From the NCBI RefSeq assembly GCF_000429305.1, contig NZ_AUBP01000029.1, positions 1 to 32,000 of the forward strand: a stretch of DNA of 32,000 nucleotides. The letters run 5' to 3'. This DNA comes from Desulfovibrio inopinatus DSM 10711. GTDB lineage: Bacteria > Desulfobacterota > Desulfovibrionia > Desulfovibrionales > Desulfovibrionaceae. Made by a program: the position numbers and the translations under genes. This document shows, in pieces, positions 16,184 through 25,621 of the stretch (position 1 is its first letter; every line of letters starts with the position of its first letter). The notes under the pieces were generated by a model that worked only from the letters and a program-made list of their open reading frames with translations, had not been told where the DNA came from and did no database searches.

Positions 16184-17840
16184 CGCGTTTCTCATCATTC
16201 GACCAGATGTCGACAAAATTAAAGTATTGAAAAGGATTGGCCGTCGCATACACCTCAATGCATGAAGCGAACCGTTGCACATACGGCACATAGGGTGCTG
16301 CTTCTCGGCCAAGACCGGATGGGACTTCGATGATATCGCCAATCCACAGTCGCGAGGCTTCAGGACCGGTGCGTGCCGAAAACAAAACAATCACAGGAGC
16401 GTTCATCGCCGAAGCCAAGGAAAATGCACTATAAGGATACTGAACAGGCTCTCCGAACAAATCGACTGACACGACGTTGCGCTCATTGCCGAGAACACGG
16501 TCTGCCGTCATGGCAACAATGGCACCGTGACGAAGCTCTTCCATGATTTCAAACACTCCACCCAGAGTCCCCAGAGGATCGATGAAACGAAAAGGAGCTT
16601 TCTTCCCTGTATGTTCGAAATACTGTCGATCCACGTCCCCAGCATCACGATGAAGCAAAATAGCCGTGCGCGTATTCATGAGCTCGAACCCGGACATCGC
16701 CGTCTGCCAGCAACCGACATGGGCCGTAAGAACAAGGAGCCCCCGCCCACGAGCCAAAAGAGTACGCATGGTTGATTCAACGTTGTCATCAAGCTCAACG
16801 TGATGGCGCCCTTGTATTCCCATGGCAGCCCGATCCACGAGGATCTTTCCGAACTCGAAATGGAGTCGAAAAGCGTAGACAAAAAGTGCTATACGGGAAT
16901 GATTGGAAAAACGCCGTACAAGATAGGCCTTTGATCGAGCGCGAATTGATGGCCAGAGCGTGTAGTACGCAGTGATGACAGCCAAAACGACATAAGTTGG
17001 TCGAACACCAAAAAGACGGATAACCGCATAGAAAAAAAGATGTTGCAGTCGCGATCCCAGACTCTTGCTTGACCAACGAGAAGGACGACGCGTGGTGGGC
17101 GTAACCTTTTCTTGCCTCCTCCTCAAAAGACCAGGAAGCCGGAGGATAGCCCAGACCGTTAATCGGGTATTGAGCCAAGAGATTCGGGCATTATCCCAGA
17201 AGGCTTTAAAATGGGATATGCGTTGGTCCGGTTCAGGGTAAAAGACCGGGATGTCGATTTCTTCAATATGAAACCCTGCCCAAGTGGCTTTGACCAAAAT
17301 TTCGATTTCAAAAGAATAACGATTCTCCGTGCTTTGTATCTTCTCGAATACGGTAAGGGGATATGCGCGAAATCCGCTTTGCATATCCGAAATCGTATGC
17401 AAAGTCTGAATGCGGTACCAAAGATTGGAAAACCAACGACCGAATCGAGAGGAACCAGGAATGTTCTTGGCGTTAAAATTTCTGCTCCCGACAATGATAC
17501 TCTCCGGATGTTGCTCCATGGCGGAGATGAAACGAGGGATATCCTCGGGGAAATGCTGACCATCGGCATCTATTGTCAGGATATGCGTCATCCCTCGCTG
17601 TCGTGCTCTTTTGGCAGCCGTTTTCATCGCGGCCCCTTTTCCTTGATTGACCGGATGGCGAATAACATCGATTGTATCGCTCAAATCATTGGCAGACACG
17701 GGAATATCGCTGCCGTCGTCCACAACGAGCACATGTGGGTGTTGGGCTTTGATGCGTCTGACCACGTCGGGAAGTGTCCCGGTGTGGTTATATGTCGGAA
17801 CGACGACAAGGAGCGTATTCAAGGAGAATGGCTCAGTCAT
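16161..17840 (-). CDS. Fusion protein: family-2 glycosyltransferase (N-terminal) plus LpxL/HtrB-type lipid A-biosynthesis-like acyltransferase (C-terminal); ApeJ-like
   Basis: The N-terminal part has LLVVVPTYNH...VLVVDDGSD...ILTIDADGQH (GT2 DxD). The middle has TM segments. The C-terminal half has LpxL-family architecture. It overlaps the rSAM stop by 8 nt. Confidence 0.75.
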   Translation of the reverse strand: MTEPFSLNTLLVVVPTYNHTGTLPDVVRRIKAQHPHVLVVDDGSDIPVSANDLSDTIDVIRHPVNQGKGAAMKTAAKRARQRGMTHILTIDADGQHFPEDIPRFISAMEQHPESIIVGSRNFNAKNIPGSSRFGRWFSNLWYRIQTLHTISDMQSGFRAYPLTVFEKIQSTENRYSFEIEILVKATWAGFHIEEIDIPVFYPEPDQRISHFKAFWDNARISWLNTRLTVWAILRLPGLLRRRQEKVTPTTRRPSRWSSKSLGSRLQHLFFYAVIRLFGVRPTYVVLAVITAYYTLWPSIRARSKAYLVRRFSNHSRIALFVYAFRLHFEFGKILVDRAAMGIQGRHHVELDDNVESTMRTLLARGRGLLVLTAHVGCWQTAMSGFELMNTRTAILLHRDAGDVDRQYFEHTGKKAPFRFIDPLGTLGGVFEIMEELRHGAIVAMTADRVLGNERNVVSVDLFGEPVQYPYSAFSLASAMNAPVIVLFSARTGPEASRLWIGDIIEVPSGLGREAAPYVPYVQRFASCIEVYATANPFQYFNFVDIWSNDEKRDGHKDTA

Positions 17841-19206
17841 AGGCAGTCTCCTTCACAGCTAAGGCTGTCGATTCAAATTTAATTCTCTTGTCCCACAAAA
17901 AACCGCGCATTCCGAATCGGCGCATAATCTCCAGTCTCTCTTGGCCCTCTTGTGGAGGATAGATGCGATCATGTCTTCCGGCATACGCCTTCATGAGTCG
18001 AGCATGGACGGCATTACGGTGGAGTTGCCGAGAAAAATAAAACACGGGTTCAAGGAGCGGATCGTCCCTTTCAATCATGCCTTCGTGGATAGCCAGCGTT
18101 TGAAGCGCAGTCTGCGGCAAGATGCGATACCCAAGGAATCCCAAAACCATGCTTCCCTTGAGGCGTTCTTGCAGCACAAGCCCACGTTCAATAGTCTGCG
18201 GTGTTTCTCCTGGGCCGCCATACACAATGAAAATCGATTGCGGAATACGGGCTTTGAAAAAAAATTCGTTCATTGCGAAGACCTGACTATAATCGAAGCC
18301 TTTCGCCAAAGAATGCAGTGTCTCGTCGCATGTTCCATCGACACCAATCTCAACACAACGTAATCCTGATCGGACAAGTATATCTATAGCGTCTTGTGTT
18401 ATGTTCCCAGGCCTGAAATACGCGCTCCAGTTGATACAGAGATTGCTCCGGATCAATGCTTCTGCAATTTCGAGAAATTGGTTGTGTGGATCATTGAACA
18501 CCGAATCGGTGAAAAAGTAGGTATCAATGCCGTGTTTGTTTTTGAGATACGCAATTTCATCAACAACGGCCTGAGGATCACGGAATCGAAGATTTTCTCC
18601 TTCAAGTCCTGGATAACTGCAATAGATGCAGTGAAATGGACATCCTCTCTTCGTCTGAATCCCATAGATGCCGGTTTCGGCGTAATAGGTTAATGCGAGG
18701 CTTTCATTTTCGCCTTTGCCAGGAAGAAATGGTTTTTTTAGATCAATGGCGCGACGTATAAGCCCGGTCACGCGTTGTCCTTGTTTCAGAGTGTCCAATA
18801 TGTCGACAAATGCGTCTTCGCCTTCTCCGACAACACCGCAATCGGCCCGACAATATTCAAGAATAGACTGTGGCATAAGGGAAAAGCCAGCCCCACCAAG
18901 CACGATCGGCACGCCAGACCATGCTTTGATTCGTTCAACAAGCATTCGAAGGCGATCGAGTGTCCAATGTGCTTGGGCCGTAAAGATATCGACATTATCA
19001 ATATTTCGAATACTAATGCCAACAACATCAGGAGAGAATGTACGAAGTCGGGTCTCCACTTCTTCGCCATCGCCATGATGCCAAAAATCATAGATTTCGA
19101 CCGTGTGTCCGGCACGACGTGCGCTTTGGGCAACAAGAGCAACCCCTTGAGGATAAACCGGGTAGGGGCTTGTTTCCGTATTGATGGAAAAGAGCAGGAC
19201 GTTCAT
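17833..19206 (-). CDS. B12-binding-domain radical SAM enzyme (class B rSAM)
   Basis: The N-terminal part is a Rossmann-like cobalamin-binding-type domain (VVGISIRNIDN...IVLGGAGFS). The radical SAM cluster motif is GCPFHCIYCSYP (CX3CX2C). It is ATGA-coupled at 19203-19206. Confidence 0.85.
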   Translation of the reverse strand: MNVLLFSINTETSPYPVYPQGVALVAQSARRAGHTVEIYDFWHHGDGEEVETRLRTFSPDVVGISIRNIDNVDIFTAQAHWTLDRLRMLVERIKAWSGVPIVLGGAGFSLMPQSILEYCRADCGVVGEGEDAFVDILDTLKQGQRVTGLIRRAIDLKKPFLPGKGENESLALTYYAETGIYGIQTKRGCPFHCIYCSYPGLEGENLRFRDPQAVVDEIAYLKNKHGIDTYFFTDSVFNDPHNQFLEIAEALIRSNLCINWSAYFRPGNITQDAIDILVRSGLRCVEIGVDGTCDETLHSLAKGFDYSQVFAMNEFFFKARIPQSIFIVYGGPGETPQTIERGLVLQERLKGSMVLGFLGYRILPQTALQTLAIHEGMIERDDPLLEPVFYFSRQLHRNAVHARLMKAYAGRHDRIYPPQEGQERLEIMRRFGMRGFLWDKRIKFESTALAVKETAYD

Positions 19207-19670
19207 GACATTAAAGCAAGAAGGTCATACCAACGTGTCTGAAAGTCGAGCAGAAAATCGGGCAACGTCATGACGAGTTCTCCCGAAAGATCGACGAAAA
19301 GTTGCACTGTGCAACCCGTAGCAATCAATTGATCGGACTGATTTGTCACGCGGTATTCAAAATTAAGACGGGCCGCGTCCGACCAATGCAACCGAGTCAT
19401 AACGGTAACATGGTCGCCGTAACGGAGTGGGCAAAGATAGTCGACTTCAAGTCTGCGGATAGGCACAGTGAGACCATGATTATGAAAATCAAGGTAGTTA
19501 ATGCCGAATTTGGCCCCAAATGCCTCTCTGCCTTCTTCGAAATAAACCACATAGTTGCCGTGCCACACAATACCGAGAGGATCGGCTTCATGAAATTTGA
19601 CCGGCCGTGTCATCGTCATTTCCAAAGGTGCAGGCGCATTGGGCTGTAATCGAAAATAATTTTTTTTCAT
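19203..19670 (-). CDS. 4HBT/YbgC-type hotdog thioesterase (ApeK-like)
   Basis: The start MKKNYF at 19670 is ATGA-coupled. The motif is FHEADPLGIVWHGNYVVYFEEGREAF. Confidence 0.8.
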   Translation of the reverse strand: MKKNYFRLQPNAPAPLEMTMTRPVKFHEADPLGIVWHGNYVVYFEEGREAFGAKFGINYLDFHNHGLTVPIRRLEVDYLCPLRYGDHVTVMTRLHWSDAARLNFEYRVTNQSDQLIATGCTVQLFVDLSGELVMTLPDFLLDFQTRWYDLLALMS

Positions 19671-20053
19671 AGAATTGCTGAGGTCGTAGGAGAAAATTGA
19701 ATTCGAAATGAAGATGCCAGTTCGTTCTCGACGTGCAGTGAAGCTGCCAGTTTTGTTGTGTTGCCTGTTGTCGTGCAGAGACATGCAACCTCAAAAACTT
19801 CATCAGGCAGGATCATCTTGAGATATTTACATTTTTCAAAATGAATCGAACCCGTTAAGATTTGTTGATCTATTCCGGCCGTATTGAAGACAAAGAGGAG
19901 TTGCATCATGCCGGGTAAAACCGGATACCCCGGAAAATGGCCTGCGAAAACAGGATGATCGCCATTCATGCGATAGCGTTGCCGTAGCATTCCCTCATCT
20001 CTGAAGACAGGCGTCACGGCCAAGCGCCAAACATCAAAATATTCCTGGCTCAT
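19667..20053 (-). CDS. FabZ/FabA-like hotdog dehydratase (DH-2, ApeP-like)
   Basis: The start MSQEYF at 20053 is ATGA-coupled. The motif is HPVFAGHFPGYPVLPGMMQL. Confidence 0.8.
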   Translation of the reverse strand: MSQEYFDVWRLAVTPVFRDEGMLRQRYRMNGDHPVFAGHFPGYPVLPGMMQLLFVFNTAGIDQQILTGSIHFEKCKYLKMILPDEVFEVACLCTTTGNTTKLAASLHVENELASSFRIQFSPTTSAIL

Positions 20054-20646
20054 TGTTTTTCTCCCTGTAAGGAACATGGCGAAATACGCAAAGTAAATGC
20101 ATGTTTCCCGAGCCCTTCGACGCGCATGGGGGCGTCTGGCCCTTGAGTTTCAATTCGAAGGATGGCCTCGGATTCGGCTGTGTGCCGGCATATGCATTGA
20201 ACGGTATTGTTCCGCACGGTCTCTGAGGCGCATCGACGCACGGCATCATCGAGAAACAAGCAGCGCAGAACCAAAGCAGCCGTGTCGGCAAAATCCTTTA
20301 CGCGGAGCAAACCACCGTTGCGTACTCGTAGCGTATGGGCAGTCGGGCTCACTTGGGCATCAAAGAGAGGAATGCCAAAATCTGTAAATACAGACGCTCG
20401 GAGTGCCCGGCGGTCAGCGTCGGTCTGGACCATCCCCTGCACCGCAAGAGAAGCATCCCCCAGTGTGAGAATGCCAGCATGGGATAAAGTCACATCATGA
20501 CCATTTGCCGTATCGGGAACAGCAAATGGAGGAGCGGATTGCGTCAAATCATTGCTAACAGCTGGCGGATTGGTACATGCTGCCAAGAGGTTCAACGCAA
20601 CCAGGAGGAACACCAGCCATATTCTTTTGGGTCTCTGTTTTGTCAT
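20050..20646 (-). CDS. Lipoprotein of unknown function (ApeN/DUF3261-like by position after the MMPL gene)
   Basis: The start MTKQRPKRIW at 20646 is ATGA-coupled. The lipobox is LLAAC. Family membership is not verifiable by eye. Confidence 0.65.
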   Translation of the reverse strand: MTKQRPKRIWLVFLLVALNLLAACTNPPAVSNDLTQSAPPFAVPDTANGHDVTLSHAGILTLGDASLAVQGMVQTDADRRALRASVFTDFGIPLFDAQVSPTAHTLRVRNGGLLRVKDFADTAALVLRCLFLDDAVRRCASETVRNNTVQCICRHTAESEAILRIETQGPDAPMRVEGLGKHAFTLRISPCSLQGEKQ

Positions 20647-23012
20647 GCCTGCCTCCACAATGCCGGCAAAATGACAAGAGACGCGACAAGTCCGCCGAGT
20701 GTTCCTATCAATACAGTCGTCCCGATACCCAACAGAGCAGGATGTCTACAGAAGGCAAGCGTTCCGAGTCCGATAATGGTGCTCAGACCCGAGACAATGA
20801 CAGCCTGTCGCGCTATCGGACTGATAGCTCCATCGAGTTCGCTGACCATGAAAATTCCGTAATCAACACCAAGACCAAGAATGAGTGGAACCGCCACGAT
20901 AGTATAAAGCGTTACCGGTGCGGCACTGATGGCGTGGTAACCCAAAACGGCAAGAAGACCGGCGACAACAGGAAAAAGAGCTGCTGCGGTTCTGGTAAGA
21001 TTACGAAAAAGAAGAAAGACAAAAATTGGTACAAGCACCAGAGTGAAACCAACGAACCGAACAAGGGTTTCTCCCATCAGCCTGGCCGTAGATTGGCGAA
21101 ACTGTGACAGAGAAAGAAAACGTATCCCCTCGGTCGACTCATTCGAAAAAAAGTCAGCAATTTCTGCGGTGTCCGGCACGAGAGATATGGCAGCCGTATA
21201 CGTCGGGCCTGTTTTAAAAAAGAGATCACGCAGGCCACCGGGCAACCTTTGAAGGAATTGTTCCTCTTCTTCGACTTGTGCCGGCGTAGAAATCATATGA
21301 ACGAATGGTTGAAAGGCTGTGCCGCTGAAGCCGAGTACTTGAGCCTGTGTGCTCAAATGTTTTTGAACAGATTCGTTATGTTTGATCCAGAATTGGTTCC
21401 ATCGGGTTACATTGGCCTGCATAATTTGGGATGACGGCAGTATCGATGCCAAACTGACCATTTCAGTGTCAGGAAAGCGCGCATGAAATCGATTCGCAAT
21501 ATGTTCGTTATGCTCGAGAGCCTCTTCGGCGGTTTTGCCGAGTGAGAAAATGAGAGCCATATCACGGGCTCCGCCCCAGATTTTATGAAAACGCTGTTCA
21601 TCGAGTTTGAGCTGCTGAGGAATATATCCGAGATTGCGTAAGTCACCATCTGTCTCCAGATGTGTAATAGCCAAGGCACTTGCGGCGAGACTTACGATAA
21701 AGACAGCGACAACAACGGTACGCGGTATATGAGAAGAGAAAGGAAGATGGAGAGATATTCGATGTTGTCGAATCGAAAGACGTTTTGGCAACAACAAAGG
21801 CAAAATACCAAGAGAACTTGCAAAAGCCGTAGCAAGACCGATCATCGAGAAGACCGCCAATTGACGGATACCGGGCATGTCGGAAAACGCCAGTCCAATG
21901 AACGCTGCGAGGGAAGTTAAACAGCTCATGGCGAGAGGTCGACTCAGACGCGAGAGGAGGACCGCGCCGTCGGTGCCGTGAGCATCAGCCAACGCATAAT
22001 AAACATGCAGGCCGTAATCCATGGTGATGCCAAGAATAACCGCCCCAAAGCCGACGACAATACCGGATATCGCTCCTTGAAAAACCACTGTGCCCGCCAC
22101 GGCAAAAATGAATGCTCCAGCCGGAATAAGCAAAACAAGAAGGCCAGACAGAGAGCGCAGGAAAAAGGCAGCCAACCCGATAAGCAAAATGCCGGAGATA
22201 GGCAAAACCGTACTGAGGTCTTCCCGGATTCGGTTGTCGTTGGCTTCCGTATAGCGATGCCCTGCCGTGACCATGGCGCTTATACCTGCGGGAAGTGTTT
22301 GAGCTATAACGCGCTGTACAGTTTCAAGCAGGTGTTGGGAAGCCTCAGGGTCAGTGAATGGGACGACTGTGTCGACCACAATGAGATGGTGAAGACGATC
22401 GTCAGTAATGAACCGACCGGAACGCAAATCGACGAAATCAGCAGGCATTGCAGACCGAAACTTTTTCAACAAAATCCTTCGAAGTCCCAAAGGATCTTGG
22501 CTGATCAGACGTTTTATCGGACCAGCAGGTGTGGAGAGCAAGATTCGTTTGTCTTCGGTCAGGGAATGTTCAATAGCTTCAGGCGTAAGCAGACGCGATA
22601 TGGCGGCTTCATCTTGGGCCGAGAAGAGCAAAGGAAATGAGACAAAAATATCTTGAAACATCGCCGGAGATATGTCGATAGGCGGTCCCACAAGCACATT
22701 CGGAAAAAGAGTTTTCGGCAGAGCCTGTTGCAAGGCATCGGCAGCCTGCGTCAACCGAGCAGGAGGAATCGTCTCGTCTCTTGTCAGCGTGATGAATATT
22801 TTTTTTGCAAACGGAGCTATTGTCAACAAGTCGATGTCATTGACATCGTTCTTTTCATTTTGAGGCAGCATAATGCTGATATCACGCTCAAGAGGCGTTC
22901 GGGCGACAACCAAAATAGATATCGCCAGCATGACCACACTCACAAAAAAAAGCACATATCTATAACGGCGTAGCGCTTTAAAAAAAGACGGGTTGAAAAG
23001 ACGATGCGTCAT
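20643..23012 (-). CDS. MMPL/RND-superfamily membrane transporter (ApeM-like exporter)
   Basis: It is 789 aa with two blocks of multiple TM helices separated by soluble loops, which is the typical MMPL layout. It sits directly after the LolA-like gene. Confidence 0.8.
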   Translation of the reverse strand: MTHRLFNPSFFKALRRYRYVLFFVSVVMLAISILVVARTPLERDISIMLPQNEKNDVNDIDLLTIAPFAKKIFITLTRDETIPPARLTQAADALQQALPKTLFPNVLVGPPIDISPAMFQDIFVSFPLLFSAQDEAAISRLLTPEAIEHSLTEDKRILLSTPAGPIKRLISQDPLGLRRILLKKFRSAMPADFVDLRSGRFITDDRLHHLIVVDTVVPFTDPEASQHLLETVQRVIAQTLPAGISAMVTAGHRYTEANDNRIREDLSTVLPISGILLIGLAAFFLRSLSGLLVLLIPAGAFIFAVAGTVVFQGAISGIVVGFGAVILGITMDYGLHVYYALADAHGTDGAVLLSRLSRPLAMSCLTSLAAFIGLAFSDMPGIRQLAVFSMIGLATAFASSLGILPLLLPKRLSIRQHRISLHLPFSSHIPRTVVVAVFIVSLAASALAITHLETDGDLRNLGYIPQQLKLDEQRFHKIWGGARDMALIFSLGKTAEEALEHNEHIANRFHARFPDTEMVSLASILPSSQIMQANVTRWNQFWIKHNESVQKHLSTQAQVLGFSGTAFQPFVHMISTPAQVEEEEQFLQRLPGGLRDLFFKTGPTYTAAISLVPDTAEIADFFSNESTEGIRFLSLSQFRQSTARLMGETLVRFVGFTLVLVPIFVFLLFRNLTRTAAALFPVVAGLLAVLGYHAISAAPVTLYTIVAVPLILGLGVDYGIFMVSELDGAISPIARQAVIVSGLSTIIGLGTLAFCRHPALLGIGTTVLIGTLGGLVASLVILPALWRQA

Positions 23013-23017
23013 GATAA

Positions 23018-23632
23018 TTAAAAGAGACCTTTGGAAAGCGGAGCATTGATCGTTGTTTCGTGAAAATCAATACGTGTCTCATCCCCTTCGCTTTCGTGGA
23101 TGACAATATGCTCAACAGTCATGTCTGGCTGTGTGAACTGCATGGTCATGGATGCAATGCCGGATGTTTGGGAATTGAGAGGATACAAGACGATGGCAAG
23201 TGGTTCCGAAGAGAGGACAGAAACTGTATTTTCTTTCTTCAGGGCGCTCATATCAAGCTGCATCCAGGCAAAAAGGCGTTTGGAGAGAGCACGCAAGATG
23301 GGATCGGTACAACCCGTTTGGAGGGGGGAGACTTTACTTTGGTCTGCCCCCAAACGATGACAGTTTTCCCCATCTATGACGAATCCCGCATGGAATGGTT
23401 CGAGATATTCCCAACGCAACTTGTCTGGTGAAGCAAAGACAAGTCGCCCAGATGACTTCATTGATGTTTTAAACATGGACATCGTTTTGATCTGGGTAAA
23501 CTGCGTATCAAGAGTCGATACGTTGCGCGCTTTACTCTCTATTTCCTGAAGAAGATCTGTCTCATTTTGCGCCCAAACCAAGAGGGGGCAGAATAACAAT
23601 ACGACACAAAGGGTAAGGCATCTGAAAATCAT
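23018..23632 (-). CDS. LolA-like outer-membrane lipoprotein carrier family protein (ApeL-like)
   Basis: The signal peptide is MIFRCLTLCVVLLFCPLLVWA. This is followed by ...VSTLDTQFTQIKTMSMFKTSMKSSGRLVFASPDKLRWEY, the LolA-type F.Q...... G.l....P.k.RWEy pattern. Confidence 0.75.
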   Translation of the reverse strand: MIFRCLTLCVVLLFCPLLVWAQNETDLLQEIESKARNVSTLDTQFTQIKTMSMFKTSMKSSGRLVFASPDKLRWEYLEPFHAGFVIDGENCHRLGADQSKVSPLQTGCTDPILRALSKRLFAWMQLDMSALKKENTVSVLSSEPLAIVLYPLNSQTSGIASMTMQFTQPDMTVEHIVIHESEGDETRIDFHETTINAPLSKGLF

Positions 23633-24087
23633 ACTCCCCTCCCCTGTACGTCAGCCGCCGGGGGGCTAAAGACTCGAAAGCCCCCCGAAGCAACGAGTTC
23701 CCCCTCCTCCAGAAACAGCCGGGCGTTTGCGACGTAAAACCGATCGATCTCCGTCACCGTTTCTACTTCAATACGAAGACGATCATCAGGTCCGACCTGA
23801 TTGGAGACGACAAACCGGTTGATTCCGACAAGAAATCCAGGTTGGAGGGGAAGCCCTTGTTGAAGAATACAATATCCACGCATGGCAGCATAAGCCTGGG
23901 CTGCGATTTCGACATAGGCGGCTGGATGGAGCGTGTTGCCAAGAAGAGGCACGGCTTTTTCATGCAAATCCACCGTCGCAACACCGTAGTTATCGTTGGA
24001 TTCGAGTAAAAAATCGATCAACGCCATAGGCGGCCGGTGTGGAATAAGCAAATCAGCAGCAAGTGGAAATCGAAGATCTAAAGCCAT
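23629..24087 (-). CDS. Hotdog-fold beta-hydroxyacyl-ACP dehydratase (DH-1, ApeI-like)
   Basis: The motif is LIPHRPPMALIDFLL. GAAGAGG lies upstream of the ATG. The stop is ATGA-coupled to the LolA-like gene. Confidence 0.75.
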   Translation of the reverse strand: MALDLRFPLAADLLIPHRPPMALIDFLLESNDNYGVATVDLHEKAVPLLGNTLHPAAYVEIAAQAYAAMRGYCILQQGLPLQPGFLVGINRFVVSNQVGPDDRLRIEVETVTEIDRFYVANARLFLEEGELVASGGFRVFSPPAADVQGRGV

Positions 24088-24181
24088 ACGTACCTCTTCC
24101 CGAATGAAACAGCTCGAGTCCTTATATTCCTAAACGGACAGAACAACATGCTGTCATTGACCATAACGTGGTCTATTCATT

Positions 24182-24586
24182 TTATGAATTAAGCAATTCC
24201 TCTTGAATTTGCCGGTCAAGATTCATGATCCAACCTTTATAATTCTTGTGGATTTTTCCATTACGAGCTTTCAAGTTGGTACTTGATTTATAAATGATGC
24301 TGTACTTATTTTTGTCATACTTGATATCGACAACGGCCTGATGGCTCCTGATATTGAGCGTAGCAACAATAAGCCCTTCTTTTTCGACGTACATTTTCCA
24401 ACCGAGCTTATTACAGGCTCGATGAATCGCCACCTCAATTTCATACATTCCAATATTCGTATGCGATCCTGTATCTATCGGTTGATTATTGACATTATAA
24501 ATTGGAATTGTTTTACAACCAACAATCGACAACATACCTACGATACAAATAAGAACCGTGATACGGCGTACACTCTGTAAAGTCAT
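24182..24586 (-). CDS. Small lipoprotein of unknown function, low GC
   Basis: GGAG lies 7 nt upstream of ATG 24586. The lipobox reads MTLQSVRRITVLICIVGMLSIVGC. It is flanked by the only real non-coding gaps inside the operon. Confidence 0.7.
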   Translation of the reverse strand: MTLQSVRRITVLICIVGMLSIVGCKTIPIYNVNNQPIDTGSHTNIGMYEIEVAIHRACNKLGWKMYVEKEGLIVATLNIRSHQAVVDIKYDKNKYSIIYKSSTNLKARNGKIHKNYKGWIMNLDRQIQEELLNS

Positions 24587-24759
24587 ACGAGATCTCCACA
24601 TTTTATAATTGTTTCCACAAACAACTATCTTCCTCAACCCCAAAACTTTCCCAACAATTCAGAACAAAATACATGCGTTATTACTCACAACATGATAAAA
24701 TTTAGGCTTGCAAACATGGATATACAAAAATCAGTATGGAGAACTTCATCGAACTGAGT

Positions 24760-25575
24760 CTATAGCCTCGTTGTATTTGCTCCAATACAGTAGGGTAAAG
24801 TGACTCTCTCGGAGTTCTTATATTGCTGTTGTATATCCAGGATTGCTTTTTCCATCAGTAATTTAACATGCTTTCGCATCGCTATATGGCCAAGTTCTCC
24901 AGAGAAATTGTGTGGGTACACAGGAGGGAGAGCGACCACTGTAACGGGAGTTATTCGAAGCCAAGTCGTCCCTTTGGGAAGCATCTTACCGGTGTTGTAA
25001 AAGCACAATGGTACGACCGGCCGACCTGTCTGACAGGACAAGCGAAACGCTCCGGAATGAAAGCGACCGAAATGCCCATCCGAGTGGCGCGTCCCTTCTG
25101 GGAAAAACATGATGCTCGTTTTTTGCCGAAAAAGATTTTGTATGTGTTCAAACATACCTTCTGGCGTGTACTGTTCCACATCAACATACTGAGCATTTCG
25201 CATGTAGAATCCAAAAAAAGGAATACGAAATGGCCACCCTCGAACGACAAATGCGACATCATGAATGGGAAGAGACGCCATAAAATACAGATCGGTCATG
25301 GACTGATGATTTCCCACAATAATACATGGCTGCGGGTAATCGTCCCATTTCCCTGTCTTTCTTTCTATGGGCATAAAAAGCGAAATAAAGTGAATCCATA
25401 CTCTGGCATAAAACCAGACAATACTTCGGATAGCAGACGGTGATGTTCGCTTCATGATGATTTTGTACAGGATAAAAGCAAATGGAGTGAACACGATAGC
25501 GATGCCTGTCCAAATCAACAAGAATGGAACATGAGCGATATTGAGCACAATTGTCCGTATCGTCATACCGTTCAT
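24760..25575 (-). CDS. PlsC-family (lysophospholipid) acyltransferase (ApeD-like)
   Basis: Motifs are VGNHQSMTD (HX4D) and FFPEGTRHSDG, with N-terminal TM helices. The start is ambiguous (TTG 25596, ATG 25575 or ATG 25566). Confidence 0.8.
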   Translation of the reverse strand: MNGMTIRTIVLNIAHVPFLLIWTGIAIVFTPFAFILYKIIMKRTSPSAIRSIVWFYARVWIHFISLFMPIERKTGKWDDYPQPCIIVGNHQSMTDLYFMASLPIHDVAFVVRGWPFRIPFFGFYMRNAQYVDVEQYTPEGMFEHIQNLFRQKTSIMFFPEGTRHSDGHFGRFHSGAFRLSCQTGRPVVPLCFYNTGKMLPKGTTWLRITPVTVVALPPVYPHNFSGELGHIAMRKHVKLLMEKAILDIQQQYKNSERVTLPYCIGANTTRL

Positions 25576-25621
25576 TATTTCCGTCTTTGTTCCCAAAAAT
25601 TCTTTACCTGATTATTCCAGG

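Noticed and set aside
15932-16390. Long versions of the two ACP ORFs (15932-16390 and 25622-25990)
   Set aside because: The N-terminal extensions overlap the preceding genes in another frame and have no ACP homology. The ACP domains start at MDIKTRL (16183) and MTPQEV (25873, ATGA-coupled).
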